DNA of 64,000 bases from Candidatus Daviesbacteria bacterium (GCA_016186955.1 JACPKP010000004.1:5942-69941), one strand, 5' to 3'; counted from the first letter of the stretch, positions 10,519 through 20,547 are shown. Notes: a model not told the origin generated them from the sequence alone. Made by a program: numbers and translations.

Positions 10519-11574
10519 ATGAAAATCCAAAAGAGTATTACAATATATTTTACTGCTTGGCTAATTACGGTAACGTTTATCCTATTTTTCAGCTATTTTT
10601 CAATTAGTCACGGTACAAAAGAAAAATTTGTGCAGAGTTTGGAAAATTGGGATGGCAGGCATTATCTGAATATAGCAAAAGATGGTTATACTCAAAACTT
10701 TCAATATGCATTTTTTCCACTTTTTCCTTTAATTGTCAGAATTATGACAGGGATAACACATAATTTTTTAGTTTCTGCAATTCTTATAAGTTTGTTAAGC
10801 TCTTTTTTGGCAATCAATATTTTTTATAATCTGATGAGGATAGAGTTTAAAAAAGCAGTAGCTGAAAAGGGAGTTTTTTTTCTACTCTTTTTTCCAACTT
10901 CATTTTATCTTTTGATGTCTTACTCAGAAGGGTTATTTATTCTATTTGTCATGTTAAGTTTTTACTATTTAAGAAAGAAAAAAATACTTTTTTCAGTTAT
11001 TTTTGCAAGTTTAGCTTCCGCTACCAGACTTGCGGGTTTGGCGGTTGTTTTAGCCCTGATGGTGGATATTTTATCAAATCATTCTTTACACCGTAAAAAA
11101 TGGCTCATCTTAATTGCCCCGACAGGATTTTTAAGTTATTGCCTATATCTGTTTTCAAAAACAGGAGACCCTTTTTATTTTCTGACTTCACAGCTGCATT
11201 GGATGAGAAGTTTAGCTATTCCCGGCTTAAATATATGGGAAACCTTGCGTGTGGTATCTTTCCCGGGATTATTGTTGAAATATCCTAATATGGCAATTGA
11301 TTTAATATTTACCATTTTTCTAATAGGGATGGTTTTGAGGAGCTTTAGATTCTTACCCTTCTCATATGGGGTCTATGGACTAATCTCATTACTTCTTCCA
11401 CTTACTACACCAACTTTAATGTCAATGCCAAGATTTATTTTACCCATATTTCCGATTTTTATTTTATTGGCAAAAATTAATAACCAGTATTTTATTTTTA
11501 TATACCAGTTGGTTTCAATAATGCTGCTTTCAGCCTTTGCAGTAATGTATATTAATGGTTATTGGGTGAGTTAA
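10519..11574 (+). CDS. GT-C membrane glycosyltransferase (PIG-V/mannosyltransferase-like)
   Basis: WDGRHYLNIAKDGY..AFFPLFP, YSEGLF, SMPRF; multi-TM. Confidence 0.82.
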   Translation: MKIQKSITIYFTAWLITVTFILFFSYFSISHGTKEKFVQSLENWDGRHYLNIAKDGYTQNFQYAFFPLFPLIVRIMTGITHNFLVSAILISLLSSFLAINIFYNLMRIEFKKAVAEKGVFFLLFFPTSFYLLMSYSEGLFILFVMLSFYYLRKKKILFSVIFASLASATRLAGLAVVLALMVDILSNHSLHRKKWLILIAPTGFLSYCLYLFSKTGDPFYFLTSQLHWMRSLAIPGLNIWETLRVVSFPGLLLKYPNMAIDLIFTIFLIGMVLRSFRFLPFSYGVYGLISLLLPLTTPTLMSMPRFILPIFPIFILLAKINNQYFIFIYQLVSIMLLSAFAVMYINGYWVS

Positions 11575-11581
11575 GGTAATA

Positions 11582-12316
11582 CTACTGCGGCAAGTAAGTG
11601 ACCCTTCTCTCAACCTGGGAGGTATTCCCGACCAGGTTTGTTGCAACTACAGTAATGACATTATCACCTTCATTTATATCAACCGTTTTGGAAAAATTAC
11701 CATCGCCGTTTATGATTACCGTATTTCCGTTAATTGCCAGTGAGCTTGTTGCATCAGTTTTACCTGAAACACTGACTTTTTTATCTCCTCCCTGAATTTG
11801 TTGTCCGTCTGCAGGCTCGCTCAACTCAAGTTTTGGTTTTTCACTACTGTATAGTAGTTTAATTGTTTTAGAAGGGAGGCTTTTTTTACCATCTTCATTG
11901 ACCGTCAGGCCGTAAATGTTATTTGTACCCAGTGACAAAGGAATAGCATCCGATTGAAAGCTACCGTTCTCCCCAGCTGTTGTTTCATTTTTTAATTCAT
12001 TATCAATATATATTTCAACTTTATACTTTGGTGTTGAGTAACCGGAAATTTTAATTGTAGCGCTGTTTGTAGCATCAAAGGGGATATTTAAAACAGGCGG
12101 GGCGATAACTGTCTCTTCGGATACGGAGTTTACCTTTGTGCTGGGTTTAAATTTATTAAAGAAAGATAATCCTCCGATTAAGGCCGGCAGCCCCCAAGTT
12201 GCCATAAAGTAAATCAGGCTGAATATAACAATCACACTAAGTAGAATATTCCTTCTGCTTTTTTTCTCTAGCCTTCTGATAGATCTTGGTTGGTAAGTAG
12301 ATCTGTAGCGCTGCAT
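11582..12316 (-). CDS. Membrane-anchored Ig-like domain protein
   Basis: N-terminal TM, two beta-rich repeats ending LSLGTNNI / INEGDNVITVVAT. Confidence 0.7.
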   Translation of the reverse strand: MQRYRSTYQPRSIRRLEKKSRRNILLSVIVIFSLIYFMATWGLPALIGGLSFFNKFKPSTKVNSVSEETVIAPPVLNIPFDATNSATIKISGYSTPKYKVEIYIDNELKNETTAGENGSFQSDAIPLSLGTNNIYGLTVNEDGKKSLPSKTIKLLYSSEKPKLELSEPADGQQIQGGDKKVSVSGKTDATSSLAINGNTVIINGDGNFSKTVDINEGDNVITVVATNLVGNTSQVERRVTYLPQ

Positions 12317-12340
12317 ATTTAGATTATATCAAGTTTTGGG

Positions 12341-12412
12341 AGCCGATGGACGGAATCGGACCGTCACTCTTACGCTTACGAAGCGTCTGCTTTACCATTA
12401 AGCTACATCGGC
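12341..12412 (-). tRNA. tRNA-Thr(CGT)
   Basis: Reverse complement GCCGATG...CATCGGC-T, anticodon loop TTCGTAA; T loop reads TCCGATT. Confidence 0.88.
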
Positions 12413-12482
12413 ATAACTATATGAAGTTGCATTTTAATATTTTACATCAAACAGGAGGATATTTTTAGTGTAAAATGGCTTC

Positions 12483-13160
12483 ATGCTTAAAAAATTGAAT
12501 TACCTGGTAGCCTCTCTTTTACCCTCAAAAATCTACTGGTACTGGGCTGGTTTAATTCACCCCTGGCAGGCTGTCTTGGAGGATGCTTCTATGCCAGAAG
12601 AGGTTTATAACAGGGGAGTGGAGTTTGTTGCTATTTTAACAACCTTAAAGTTGATCAATAAAAACAGTAGGCTGCTTGATATCGGTTGTGGGGTGGGTAG
12701 GATGGAGTATGCTTTATGCAGAAAGGTTCAAAGTTGTACAGGCGTCGATATATCTGCATCAATGGTTCGTTTGGCCAAAAGATATGTTAACCAAAATAAT
12801 GTGTGTTTTGCAGTTACTAATGGAAAAGATTTAAAGGTTTTTAAAAACAATAATTTTAATTTGGTGATATCTATACTTGTGTTTCAGCATGTACCCAGGA
12901 AAATTTTTACAAATTACTTGAAAGAAAGTTTTAGAGTTTTAGATTATAAGGGTAAGTTATTTTTTCAGATACCAACAGATGAGTCAGGAGTACAAAAAGA
13001 TCCTGCAAAAAACCATCCATGGGCTTTGCGTTACTACCAGACTGAAAAACTCCAAAAAACGTTGGGAAAGATAGGATTTAAGCGTATTAATTTTTTTAAT
13101 ACAAAGGGATTAAAATTCAAAAAACAGGATAACCAGGCTCTGGTTCTGGCTGTAAAATAG
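12483..13160 (+). CDS. Class I SAM-dependent methyltransferase
   Basis: LLDIGCGVGR, GVDISASMV. Confidence 0.88.
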   Translation: MLKKLNYLVASLLPSKIYWYWAGLIHPWQAVLEDASMPEEVYNRGVEFVAILTTLKLINKNSRLLDIGCGVGRMEYALCRKVQSCTGVDISASMVRLAKRYVNQNNVCFAVTNGKDLKVFKNNNFNLVISILVFQHVPRKIFTNYLKESFRVLDYKGKLFFQIPTDESGVQKDPAKNHPWALRYYQTEKLQKTLGKIGFKRINFFNTKGLKFKKQDNQALVLAVK

Positions 13161-13301
13161 TGGTGGGACAGCATTTCTGACCTAGAACTAAAGAAACAAG
13201 AAATACTTCCTTTACAGTTCTATTATAACGATATTGACCTTAAAATTCTTCATTTTGCTTCTAGTAATAACAATTTTCTACAAAGTCTAGCTAATTAGCC
13301 T

Positions 13302-13901
13302 ATGGATATAAGAAAAGAAGTGATACAAACATTTGAAGAAGAATTTATTCAACAACACGTTTCTGATAGCGTGTACCGTAGTATCGTAAAAGAACTATCT
13401 GGTGCGAAAGACCCAAAAAGGCGTGGTAGGAAGATAGAATTAACCGCCGAAAAACTCCATAACTTTTTGTTTTATCTATCCCTCGGCCATACGTACAAGG
13501 ATTCGGCTATTTACGCACATATCCCAGAAAATACCAGGCAAAAGTATATGGCTAGTTCTGAAACATTTCAGCGGGTAGCTAGCCTTGCAAAGGACAATTT
13601 AACAATGCAAGCGCGATTAGCCTTGGCGTTTGCTATAGAGGGGTGTAAGCCATGCTACCGTGCCTTTATGCACCCTGTAACAAAAGAAGCAATTTATATA
13701 CTCGTGTCAGAACGACAACCAAATGTTCGTGCCGCAATGTGGTATTTAGACCAAATAAAATACTTTGAAAAATTAAGTGAAAAAAGGGGTGATTCACAAC
13801 AACTTGGCGCACCAAGAAATGAAGAAGAAGCTAGTTTGCTAGAAGAACTTCTAAATAGACATTACGATTACGTAAGAAGCAAAGAACAGGAAGATAAATA
13901 A
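13302..13901 (+). CDS. Hypothetical protein, weakly terminase small subunit/HTH-like
   Basis: HTH-like LSLGHTYKDSAIYAHIPENT and PNVRAAMWYL segment. Confidence 0.4.
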   Translation: MDIRKEVIQTFEEEFIQQHVSDSVYRSIVKELSGAKDPKRRGRKIELTAEKLHNFLFYLSLGHTYKDSAIYAHIPENTRQKYMASSETFQRVASLAKDNLTMQARLALAFAIEGCKPCYRAFMHPVTKEAIYILVSERQPNVRAAMWYLDQIKYFEKLSEKRGDSQQLGAPRNEEEASLLEELLNRHYDYVRSKEQEDK

Positions 13902-13925
13902 CCCAATATCAGATATAATTCCACT

Positions 13926-14426
13926 ATGCTTTATATATTAACAGGGCTTCCATATTCAGGAAAAACAACTTTAACTAAAGAACTAGTAAATCGTTTTGGG
14001 TTTATAAAAGTTTCTATGGACGACGTTATAGACGAAAAAGGCCTTGAAGTCGAAGATATGTCGCAAGAAGATTGGAATACCGTTTATTCAGAAGGGTATG
14101 AGAAGCTAAAAACACTGCTGGAAGAAGGCGAGACGGTAGTTTTAGACCTTGGTAATCTTAAAAGAAGCGAACGACAAACAGCTAGAAATATAGCAGAAAG
14201 TTTAGGTAAAAAGTTCAAAGTTATCTATCTTAATGTTCCATTAGAGGAAATCAAAAGACGGTGGGAAGTTAACGAAAAAACACAAGAACGGGGTCAGCTT
14301 GAAGAAGTAACACTTAAACGGGCATTAGATATGTTTCAAAAACCGACCGAAGACGAAGAATATATTACCTACAATCAACAAATGGATTTAGATAAGTGGA
14401 TTGAAGAAAATATAAAGTCTTCTTAA
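13926..14426 (+). CDS. P-loop kinase (AAA_33-like)
   Basis: LTGLPYSGKTT, VVLD, R..AR motifs. Confidence 0.82.
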   Translation: MLYILTGLPYSGKTTLTKELVNRFGFIKVSMDDVIDEKGLEVEDMSQEDWNTVYSEGYEKLKTLLEEGETVVLDLGNLKRSERQTARNIAESLGKKFKVIYLNVPLEEIKRRWEVNEKTQERGQLEEVTLKRALDMFQKPTEDEEYITYNQQMDLDKWIEENIKSS

Positions 14427-15433
14427 ATAATCGTAATTATTGAAGGCGTTTGTCCTAAAAATCCTATTTGAAACTTTTCTATCTTCTTATTTGGGAAAAA
14501 TGCCTTAGCGTGTTTAATTAGCAAATCTGGTTTGGATACTAGCAGGCATAATCTTCCGTCTGGTTTTAGAATACGGGCATATTCTGATAGCGAACCGACG
14601 TATAAATCTGTAACGCTTTTAATTTCAATTTGTTTGTCCCATGGCAAATTAGATACAGCGAAATCGAACTGCTTATCCTTCCATGGTGCTTTTAGGGCGT
14701 CTAACCTTTTAATCTTGCTTTCTGTTTTACACCCCAAATTAGATAAGTTCTGTAGAGTAGCCTCGACTGCCATATTTTCGATATCGCCACCAAAAATATC
14801 ATTACCTGCAAGATACGCTTCGGCAAGTATCGTTCCACTACCACAGAAATTATCTACGACTATACCTTTATCGCCCAACGTCGCGAGTTTAACCATGGAG
14901 TTAGCAATACTAGGTCTTAGACCGCCCTTAGAAGAAACGGTGCGGTAACTCCTATGAAATAATGGCTTCTCAGTGAGACGCACTGAAACATAGAGTTCTT
15001 TATTGTCTATAAAAACACGAATATCAAAATTAGAATGGTCGAGTTCTGTATATTCCCAGTTATAGTCTTCACCAATAACCTTACTTAGAGAACTTTGAAG
15101 TTCTTCTACCTTAATTTTTGTTTTCGCAAGGCTAAAAGTAACAGAAAAAGTATTGTTAACTTTTCGGTACTGTTCTATTTGTTCCTTTGCAGATTTAAGG
15201 TTAATATCTCTAAAAATGTTTAGAACGTCCTCTACCCTGGATATTTCACCCGTAGCAAGTAACAAGCAAATATCATCAACAGTTTTTAGGTCAGTTAACA
15301 CTTTACTATATTTAGTTTCGAAGACAATTCGTTTAGGTTTTAGGTCGACAAAGTTTACTTCACGAACCAAGTTTTGAATTTCTTGCTTCGCAACTTCCTC
15401 TAATCCTTTTACTGTGTACGCTATTATTTTCAT
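14423..15433 (-). CDS. THUMP-domain RNA methyltransferase (UPF0020/Trm14-TrmN-like)
   Basis: GLEEVA N-terminus, LFHRSYR, DNFCGSGTILAEA, SNLPW. Confidence 0.8.
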   Translation of the reverse strand: MKIIAYTVKGLEEVAKQEIQNLVREVNFVDLKPKRIVFETKYSKVLTDLKTVDDICLLLATGEISRVEDVLNIFRDINLKSAKEQIEQYRKVNNTFSVTFSLAKTKIKVEELQSSLSKVIGEDYNWEYTELDHSNFDIRVFIDNKELYVSVRLTEKPLFHRSYRTVSSKGGLRPSIANSMVKLATLGDKGIVVDNFCGSGTILAEAYLAGNDIFGGDIENMAVEATLQNLSNLGCKTESKIKRLDALKAPWKDKQFDFAVSNLPWDKQIEIKSVTDLYVGSLSEYARILKPDGRLCLLVSKPDLLIKHAKAFFPNKKIEKFQIGFLGQTPSIITII

Positions 15434-15443
15434 ATTATGTTTT

Positions 15444-16259
15444 CTAAATGGCTTGACGCCTAAAGTCTAAGTATAAAGCTACAAACTTTGGCCTAGGCAT
15501 TCCATTCTTAACGTCGCGCTTTTCTTCTTTTTCCACTTTCTTTGATTCTGAACTTAAAGTTTTTTTGTCAAAATCATAGTTAATAAGCATACCTTCTTTA
15601 AGATATTTCGATAACTTCTTTTCTTCTGATTCTCTAATCGCCACCTTACACATACTTAATAGGTTTAAGGTCTTTTTATCTACTAAGTCGCATTGGTATT
15701 TTAAGTAATTAAGCATTTCTAAATAAACACCTATCTTACTAAAGTCGATTTTGCCTTGCTTGTGGTCTTCGATAATTTGGTTCACTACACCATTTGTATA
15801 TTGAAAATCCGAGTTAAGGGATTCAACCATTGAATATGCTTCGGCATATTCGTTAATAAGGTCTAAATTAAGAAGTTTCAGACTAAGTCCGGTACTTATT
15901 GAAATGTTATAAAAGCGTAGTATTATTCGGATATTATTGTCATTTGTATTTTGCAGAGCATCTTCAACAGACGCGATATTTCTTGACATATTTACTCTAA
16001 CGGGAATTAATTCGTGTTCGATTTGTACTACTGTATTTCTGTGGTCGAAATATTTATCACGCCGTAGCTGGTTTATCCTTCTTCGTGATTCAAAGTAATT
16101 GGAAAATAAGGCGGCGAAGAATCCCCCTAGAAAAGCGGATAATACTATTTGAAAGGTATTATCTTGTAACAGATTTCCTATGGACGAAGGAATACTGGTA
16201 ATAAATAAAACTGCACTATTTGAAGCGATATTATTCATAATTAATTCTTTTGCCGTCAA
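15444..16259 (-). CDS. Hypothetical protein with N-terminal TM helix
   Basis: 271-aa ORF, TM IVLSAFLGGFFAALF; start uncertain. Confidence 0.6.
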   Translation of the reverse strand: MTAKELIMNNIASNSAVLFITSIPSSIGNLLQDNTFQIVLSAFLGGFFAALFSNYFESRRRINQLRRDKYFDHRNTVVQIEHELIPVRVNMSRNIASVEDALQNTNDNNIRIILRFYNISISTGLSLKLLNLDLINEYAEAYSMVESLNSDFQYTNGVVNQIIEDHKQGKIDFSKIGVYLEMLNYLKYQCDLVDKKTLNLLSMCKVAIRESEEKKLSKYLKEGMLINYDFDKKTLSSESKKVEKEEKRDVKNGMPRPKFVALYLDFRRQAI

Positions 16260-16443
16260 TAATCTTTTGAATGTCTTCTAGTTTGTATCGTCTGTCTTGA
16301 CGCTTGCCAATCCGTATAGCTTTTAGGCGACCTTCATTATCCCAACGTCGCAATGTTTGGGGATTAACACTTAATAGTTCGGCCGCTTCTTTAATTCGTA
16401 AAAGCTTTATTTTACCAGTCATAACTTGTACTAAATTATACAT
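16231..16443 (-). CDS. MerR-type/excisionase-like HTH protein (possible recombination directionality factor)
   Basis: LLRIKEAAELLSVNPQTLRRWDNEGRL..RRY. Confidence 0.8.
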   Translation of the reverse strand: MYNLVQVMTGKIKLLRIKEAAELLSVNPQTLRRWDNEGRLKAIRIGKRQDRRYKLEDIQKIIDGKRINYE

Positions 16444-16469
16444 TTTTTAGTTATAATGTGTAAGTATCT

Positions 16470-16868
16470 ATGAAGAAAAGAAATAAGAAATACGAGCTTC
16501 CCGACTTTGCAGACGATATATTCATGCCTGACGATTTAATGAAGGTTCTTGTGGAACGTAATGGGTGTAAATACTTCTGGGGTATACCTTACAGAATTTA
16601 TAAATCTAGTCGATTTCAGAACATGGAAGAACTTTATAAAGACGAAGACTTAGAGGCACTAGGCGGGGTTTTGTTAGATATTCTCGTAGTTAATAAGTAT
16701 TCAATCGACTTCAAACAAAAAACGGGCGTACAGAAGCTACAAGTGGTCGTGCGGTCATCGGAAAGCGAAGATAAACAACTACTTCATAAGTTGGCTACTG
16801 GGATTCGAGCAAACGATAAACCATTGAATAGAGATAGCATTCCAGGAACTAATAACGACAATGAATAA
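16470..16868 (+). CDS. Hypothetical protein
   Basis: 132-aa ORF overlapping the recombinase start. Confidence 0.55.
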   Translation: MKKRNKKYELPDFADDIFMPDDLMKVLVERNGCKYFWGIPYRIYKSSRFQNMEELYKDEDLEALGGVLLDILVVNKYSIDFKQKTGVQKLQVVVRSSESEDKQLLHKLATGIRANDKPLNRDSIPGTNNDNE

Positions 16869-18598
16869 ACAACAAACCGTACCACTTCGAGCCGCAGTTT
16901 ACCTTCGTGTATCTACGGACGACCAGATAGAAAAATACGGCATACCTTTACAGAAGGCCGCCGTTGACGCGGTAGTTAATTCTAAGGGAAAACTAGACGA
17001 CGGTTCACCAGCTATGGTACTGGCTGGCGAACCGTACATTTATAAAGACGAAGGGATTAGTGGCACAACACCACTAGAAGAACGACCAGGTTTCGTACTA
17101 TTGAAGGAAGATATTGAAAACGCGCCAGGTGGCGCAAAACCCTTCGATATTGTGGCCGTTTATCGTATCGACAGATTCGCCCGAAAACTAAAAATTCTTT
17201 TAGAAGTAATTGACTACTTCGAGGCACATGATATCCAGTTCATTTCGGCTAACGAAAGCATAGATACTTCTACACCGTTTGGTAAGGCCATGCTCGGTAT
17301 TATTGGTGTGATAGCTGAACTCGAACGGGAAACGACCAAAGCCAGAACACAGGCGGGTAAAGAACAAGCTATCGAACGCGGTGTCTACATGGGTGCAAGT
17401 GCGCGATACGGTTACATTAAGAATAAAGATAAGCGTCTTGAAATCTTCCCACCAGAAGCCGACGTAGTTCGTAACATTTTCGAAATGTTTGTGGTCGAAA
17501 AAAGAAACACGCAGCAAATTGCTGACCGTCTTACAGATAAAAAAATTCTTACCCCATTACCTTCTGCACTTCATTATGGGAAAAGAACAACTGGCAAAAC
17601 AAAGGTTAATGACCTTTATTTCTGGCGGGGTTCCACAGTTAGAGATATTGTAAAAGACGAAGTATATCTGGGAATCTATTACTACAATAAAAACCAAGGA
17701 AGCAAACGCCTAGATAGGTCTTTATGGAAGGAATCACCTTTACTTACTGTCTGGCCTATTAAAATGCCACGCTTGCTACGACGCCAATTCTGACCGCGAC
17801 CCGCTAAACTGGACGGGTACGAGTAAAGTTATAAAGAAAAACAACAAGCGTGTGTATTATTACCAATGCGGCGCAAAAAATACCAAAAAATACTCGACTG
17901 TCTGTAAAGCTATACCCTTCCCAGCGGACGAAATCGAACAATTTGTAACAGGCTTTGTAAAAGACCTTCTAAGCGACCCTGAAAGTGTCTATAACCATGT
18001 TAATTCCCTTCAATCGACTAAGGCTAAGAAACGACAGCTAGAGAAAAAACAGTCCGAATTAACAAAGCTATTTAATGAACTTCCGCGCCGACGTCAAAAT
18101 ATACAGCGAATGTATAAACGCGGCGACATTGGCGACAGTGAATACGACAAAGAAATGGAAGGTATAAAGGCTAAAGAAGTTGAATATAAGACAGATTTAG
18201 GGGCAATACAATTACAAATCGGCGAAAGTAAATTGTCAGATATTTATGCTCGCACACTTAAATTGTTTGCTAAGAAGTACAAACCATTCTTAGACGGCCT
18301 AATGACTGACAGACAAGAAGTATCAGAACTGATACACCTAATAGTCGATAGAATCCATGTCTACACACGTAAGGCGACTAAAAACGACAAAATAGCGGGT
18401 CGTAAGAAGGAAGACCAGGTCATCCCGTACCAAGTGAGGATAGACTTACGCTTACCACAAGACATGATGAAGCGGTTCTCCCAACAAGGGAAGTTCGAAG
18501 TCAAAAATGCTGAATTGAGCGGGAGACGGGATTCGAACCCGCGGCCTTCTCCTTGGGAAGGAGACATACTACCACTATACTACTCCCGCAATAAATAA
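16861..18598 (+). pseudogene. Large serine recombinase, frameshifted by an apparent internal deletion near 17740
   Basis: AVYLRVST, DEGISG, VYRIDRFAR; after WKESP the zinc ribbon YLLSGLLKCHAC...YYYQC continues in another frame; coiled coil follows. Confidence 0.85.
18518..18589 (-). tRNA. tRNA-Gly(CCC)
   Basis: GCGGGAG/CTCCCGC acceptor, TCTCC-TTCCCAA-GGAGA anticodon arm, GTTCGAATC. Confidence 0.93.
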
Positions 18599-18733
18599 AT
18601 TATACCAAATCCGCAAAATACTATTTTGATATCTTATGATATCTTGACAATTTTTCTCAAAAACCCTAATAATGAAATATCGCATCAATTGTTCAAAGGC
18701 CTTGAATAATAGCGACAAAAGGGGGTGAGTTAA

Positions 18734-19042
18734 TTGGCAGAAAGAAATTTGGAGAATGTAGAAGTTTCTGAAGAGGCTGTTACAGACTATGCAAAAAAAG
18801 GGTTTGGTTTGGTAGGTGAGTACGCTTGGACTCTTGCAAAATATGGAGCGGGTTTAGGGGTTTCAGGATGGGGATTAGAAAAAGGTTACAACTTTGTTGC
18901 TGGACTTCCAGTACTTAGTAATGTAAACACCTTGATTGGTAGTATCGACCATGCCCCAGCAGTCATAGCTGTTTTAGCAACCGGCTTTGCCGGATGGCGA
19001 GCGAAGAAGCATGTAGATAACTGGTTGGAGAAACATGCTTAA
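18734..19042 (+). CDS. Small membrane protein
   Basis: TTG start after GGGGGTGA; two hydrophobic segments; terminator follows. Confidence 0.6.
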   Translation: MAERNLENVEVSEEAVTDYAKKGFGLVGEYAWTLAKYGAGLGVSGWGLEKGYNFVAGLPVLSNVNTLIGSIDHAPAVIAVLATGFAGWRAKKHVDNWLEKHA

Positions 19043-19097
19043 AGTGTAAGAAACCCTGAATAATAGCTAATATTTTAGGAGTTTCTGGAAATTATTT

Positions 19098-19133
19098 AAA
19101 ATACCCCTCACTGCAGTGCGGGGTATTTTTTAT
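19098..19133 (+). terminator. Intrinsic terminator
   Basis: AAAATACCCC..GGGGTATTTTTT hairpin plus T run. Confidence 0.7.
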
Positions 19134-19177
19134 TGGAGGAAAGATATGTATCATTCTGGAGCGTACTGAACTAAAAC

Positions 19178-19512
19178 TGTCACCCTGAGTGTTAACGAAG
19201 GGTATAAGCCAAATCATTCCACTCATCGTTGAATTGATTAATCAATTTATCTTTTTTAAATCTTGTCCAACCCTTTATTCTCTTTTCTCCAGCTATTGCT
19301 TGATTCACATCAGAAAACTCTTCATAGTAAACAAGTTTATTTAAGTTATATTTTTCAGTATATCCATAAATTAATTTACGTTTATGTTCCAATACTCTTC
19401 GTTCTAAGTCATTAGTGATACCAACGTAAAGCATTTTGTTATTCTTTGTTGTGAGTATATAAACATAATAACTCTTCATTTAGTTATATTCTTCGCTTCG
19501 CTCAGAATGACA
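19178..19512. repeat. Inverted pair of REP-like hairpin elements (19178-19206, 19485-19512) flanking the GIY-YIG gene
   Basis: TGTCACCCTGAGTGTTAACGAAGGGTATA versus reverse complement TGTCATTCTGAGCGAAGCGAAGAATATA. Confidence 0.75.
19192..19479 (-). CDS. Stand-alone GIY-YIG nuclease
   Basis: YYVYIL...LYVGITNDLERRVLEHK...EKRIKGW. Confidence 0.9.
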   Translation of the reverse strand: MKSYYVYILTTKNNKMLYVGITNDLERRVLEHKRKLIYGYTEKYNLNKLVYYEEFSDVNQAIAGEKRIKGWTRFKKDKLINQFNDEWNDLAYTLR

Positions 19513-19556
19513 AGAGAGTTCTTTAATGATAAAAAAACTACATAATAACACCTGAT

Positions 19557-20189
19557 TTATCTGGGTATCTTAAGGGTCGTGCCAACTTCTATGGCGTCTG
19601 CATTGGATAGGTTGTTTGCCTTTGCTATTTTTTCATACATATATATATCACCATAAGCCCTGCCGGCTATAGTTGAGAGCCAATCCCCTTTGACAACTGT
19701 GTAGGTATCACCTGTAATCTTTTCACCCCAAATAGTTTGGTTGATGGCTCCGCCTGTTCCCTGGCCGTTTGTAGGTGTTTTAGCCTCCTCCAGCTTGGGT
19801 ATGTCCAAAACCTGACCAACCTCAATCTTATTCTCATCAGCCAGTTTATTGGCCTCAACAAGCTTAGAATATTTATATCCGTCATTGTAGTAATTTTGTG
19901 CTATCAGAAAAAGGGTATCACCTTCTTTAATAGTATATTGGCCAGGTAAGTCCTCTTTTTTGACATCTGCAGTTTGTTCATCTGTCTGGCCTGATGGTCC
20001 CAGGCTTCCTTCTGGCTTGTTGAAGTAGTTAAAGATTAAAATTCCCAAAACTATAACTATTAAGGTTCCGAGCACCAGGTTTAGGAATGAATTATTTTTT
20101 TCCAGATCTGTCTGAATTTTATCAAAAAAGCTCTCATCCTGTGAGCTTTTTGCGGAATAGCGTCTTACTGCCTGTTTTTTCTTTGGCAC
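19557..20189 (-). CDS. Membrane-anchored protein with two LysM domains
   Basis: YTIKEGDTLFLIA..Y and YTVVKGDWLSTIA..YG. Confidence 0.9.
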   Translation of the reverse strand: MPKKKQAVRRYSAKSSQDESFFDKIQTDLEKNNSFLNLVLGTLIVIVLGILIFNYFNKPEGSLGPSGQTDEQTADVKKEDLPGQYTIKEGDTLFLIAQNYYNDGYKYSKLVEANKLADENKIEVGQVLDIPKLEEAKTPTNGQGTGGAINQTIWGEKITGDTYTVVKGDWLSTIAGRAYGDIYMYEKIAKANNLSNADAIEVGTTLKIPR

Positions 20190-20373
20190 TTTTTAGATCC
20201 TTGGTTGGCAGACTCAACTGAGTCATATTTAACCCATTTTTAGAACATTGTCAAGAGGGCAATTTTGCAAAAGTTTAGCGCCCTCATGGTTTTCCACTGT
20301 TTAGTGGCCTACCCGAGGGCGCTTAAAGCTATGCACCTGATATTGCGGAATAAAAGATGTAGCTTGCCTGCCA

Positions 20374-20547
20374 CTAGGCAGGTGTTAGTTCTTGTTCTTT
20401 TGGAGCATAGTCTCCGCAGGATACCCCTGCGAGCTCATGCTCCAACTTGTCCTGCTCGGCAAGCCAACGCAACCAGCGCAAATGAGCTGGGTTCGGCTCG
20501 CGGGGGGGCACGGAAAACATCTGCAGCTCTGCGTCGTATCTGTTCAT
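20374..20547 (-). CDS. 57-aa small protein missing from the ORF track (MNRYDAELQMFSVPPREPNPAHLRWLRWLAEQDKLEHELAGVSCGDYAPKEQELTPA)
   Basis: GGAGGAGG SD before ATG, TTGACA promoter upstream, large hairpin downstream (20276-20325). Confidence 0.65.
   Translation of the reverse strand: MNRYDAELQMFSVPPREPNPAHLRWLRWLAEQDKLEHELAGVSCGDYAPKEQELTPA

Larger units (their letters stand above)
13164..18517. mobile_element. ~5.35-kb integrative element (large serine recombinase) at the tRNA-Gly 3' end
   Basis: Terminal inverted arms 13169-13189 and 18492-18512 (18/21 match), each 3 bp from a TG; recombinase and HTH/excisionase-like genes; visibly more CpG than flanks. Confidence 0.85.
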
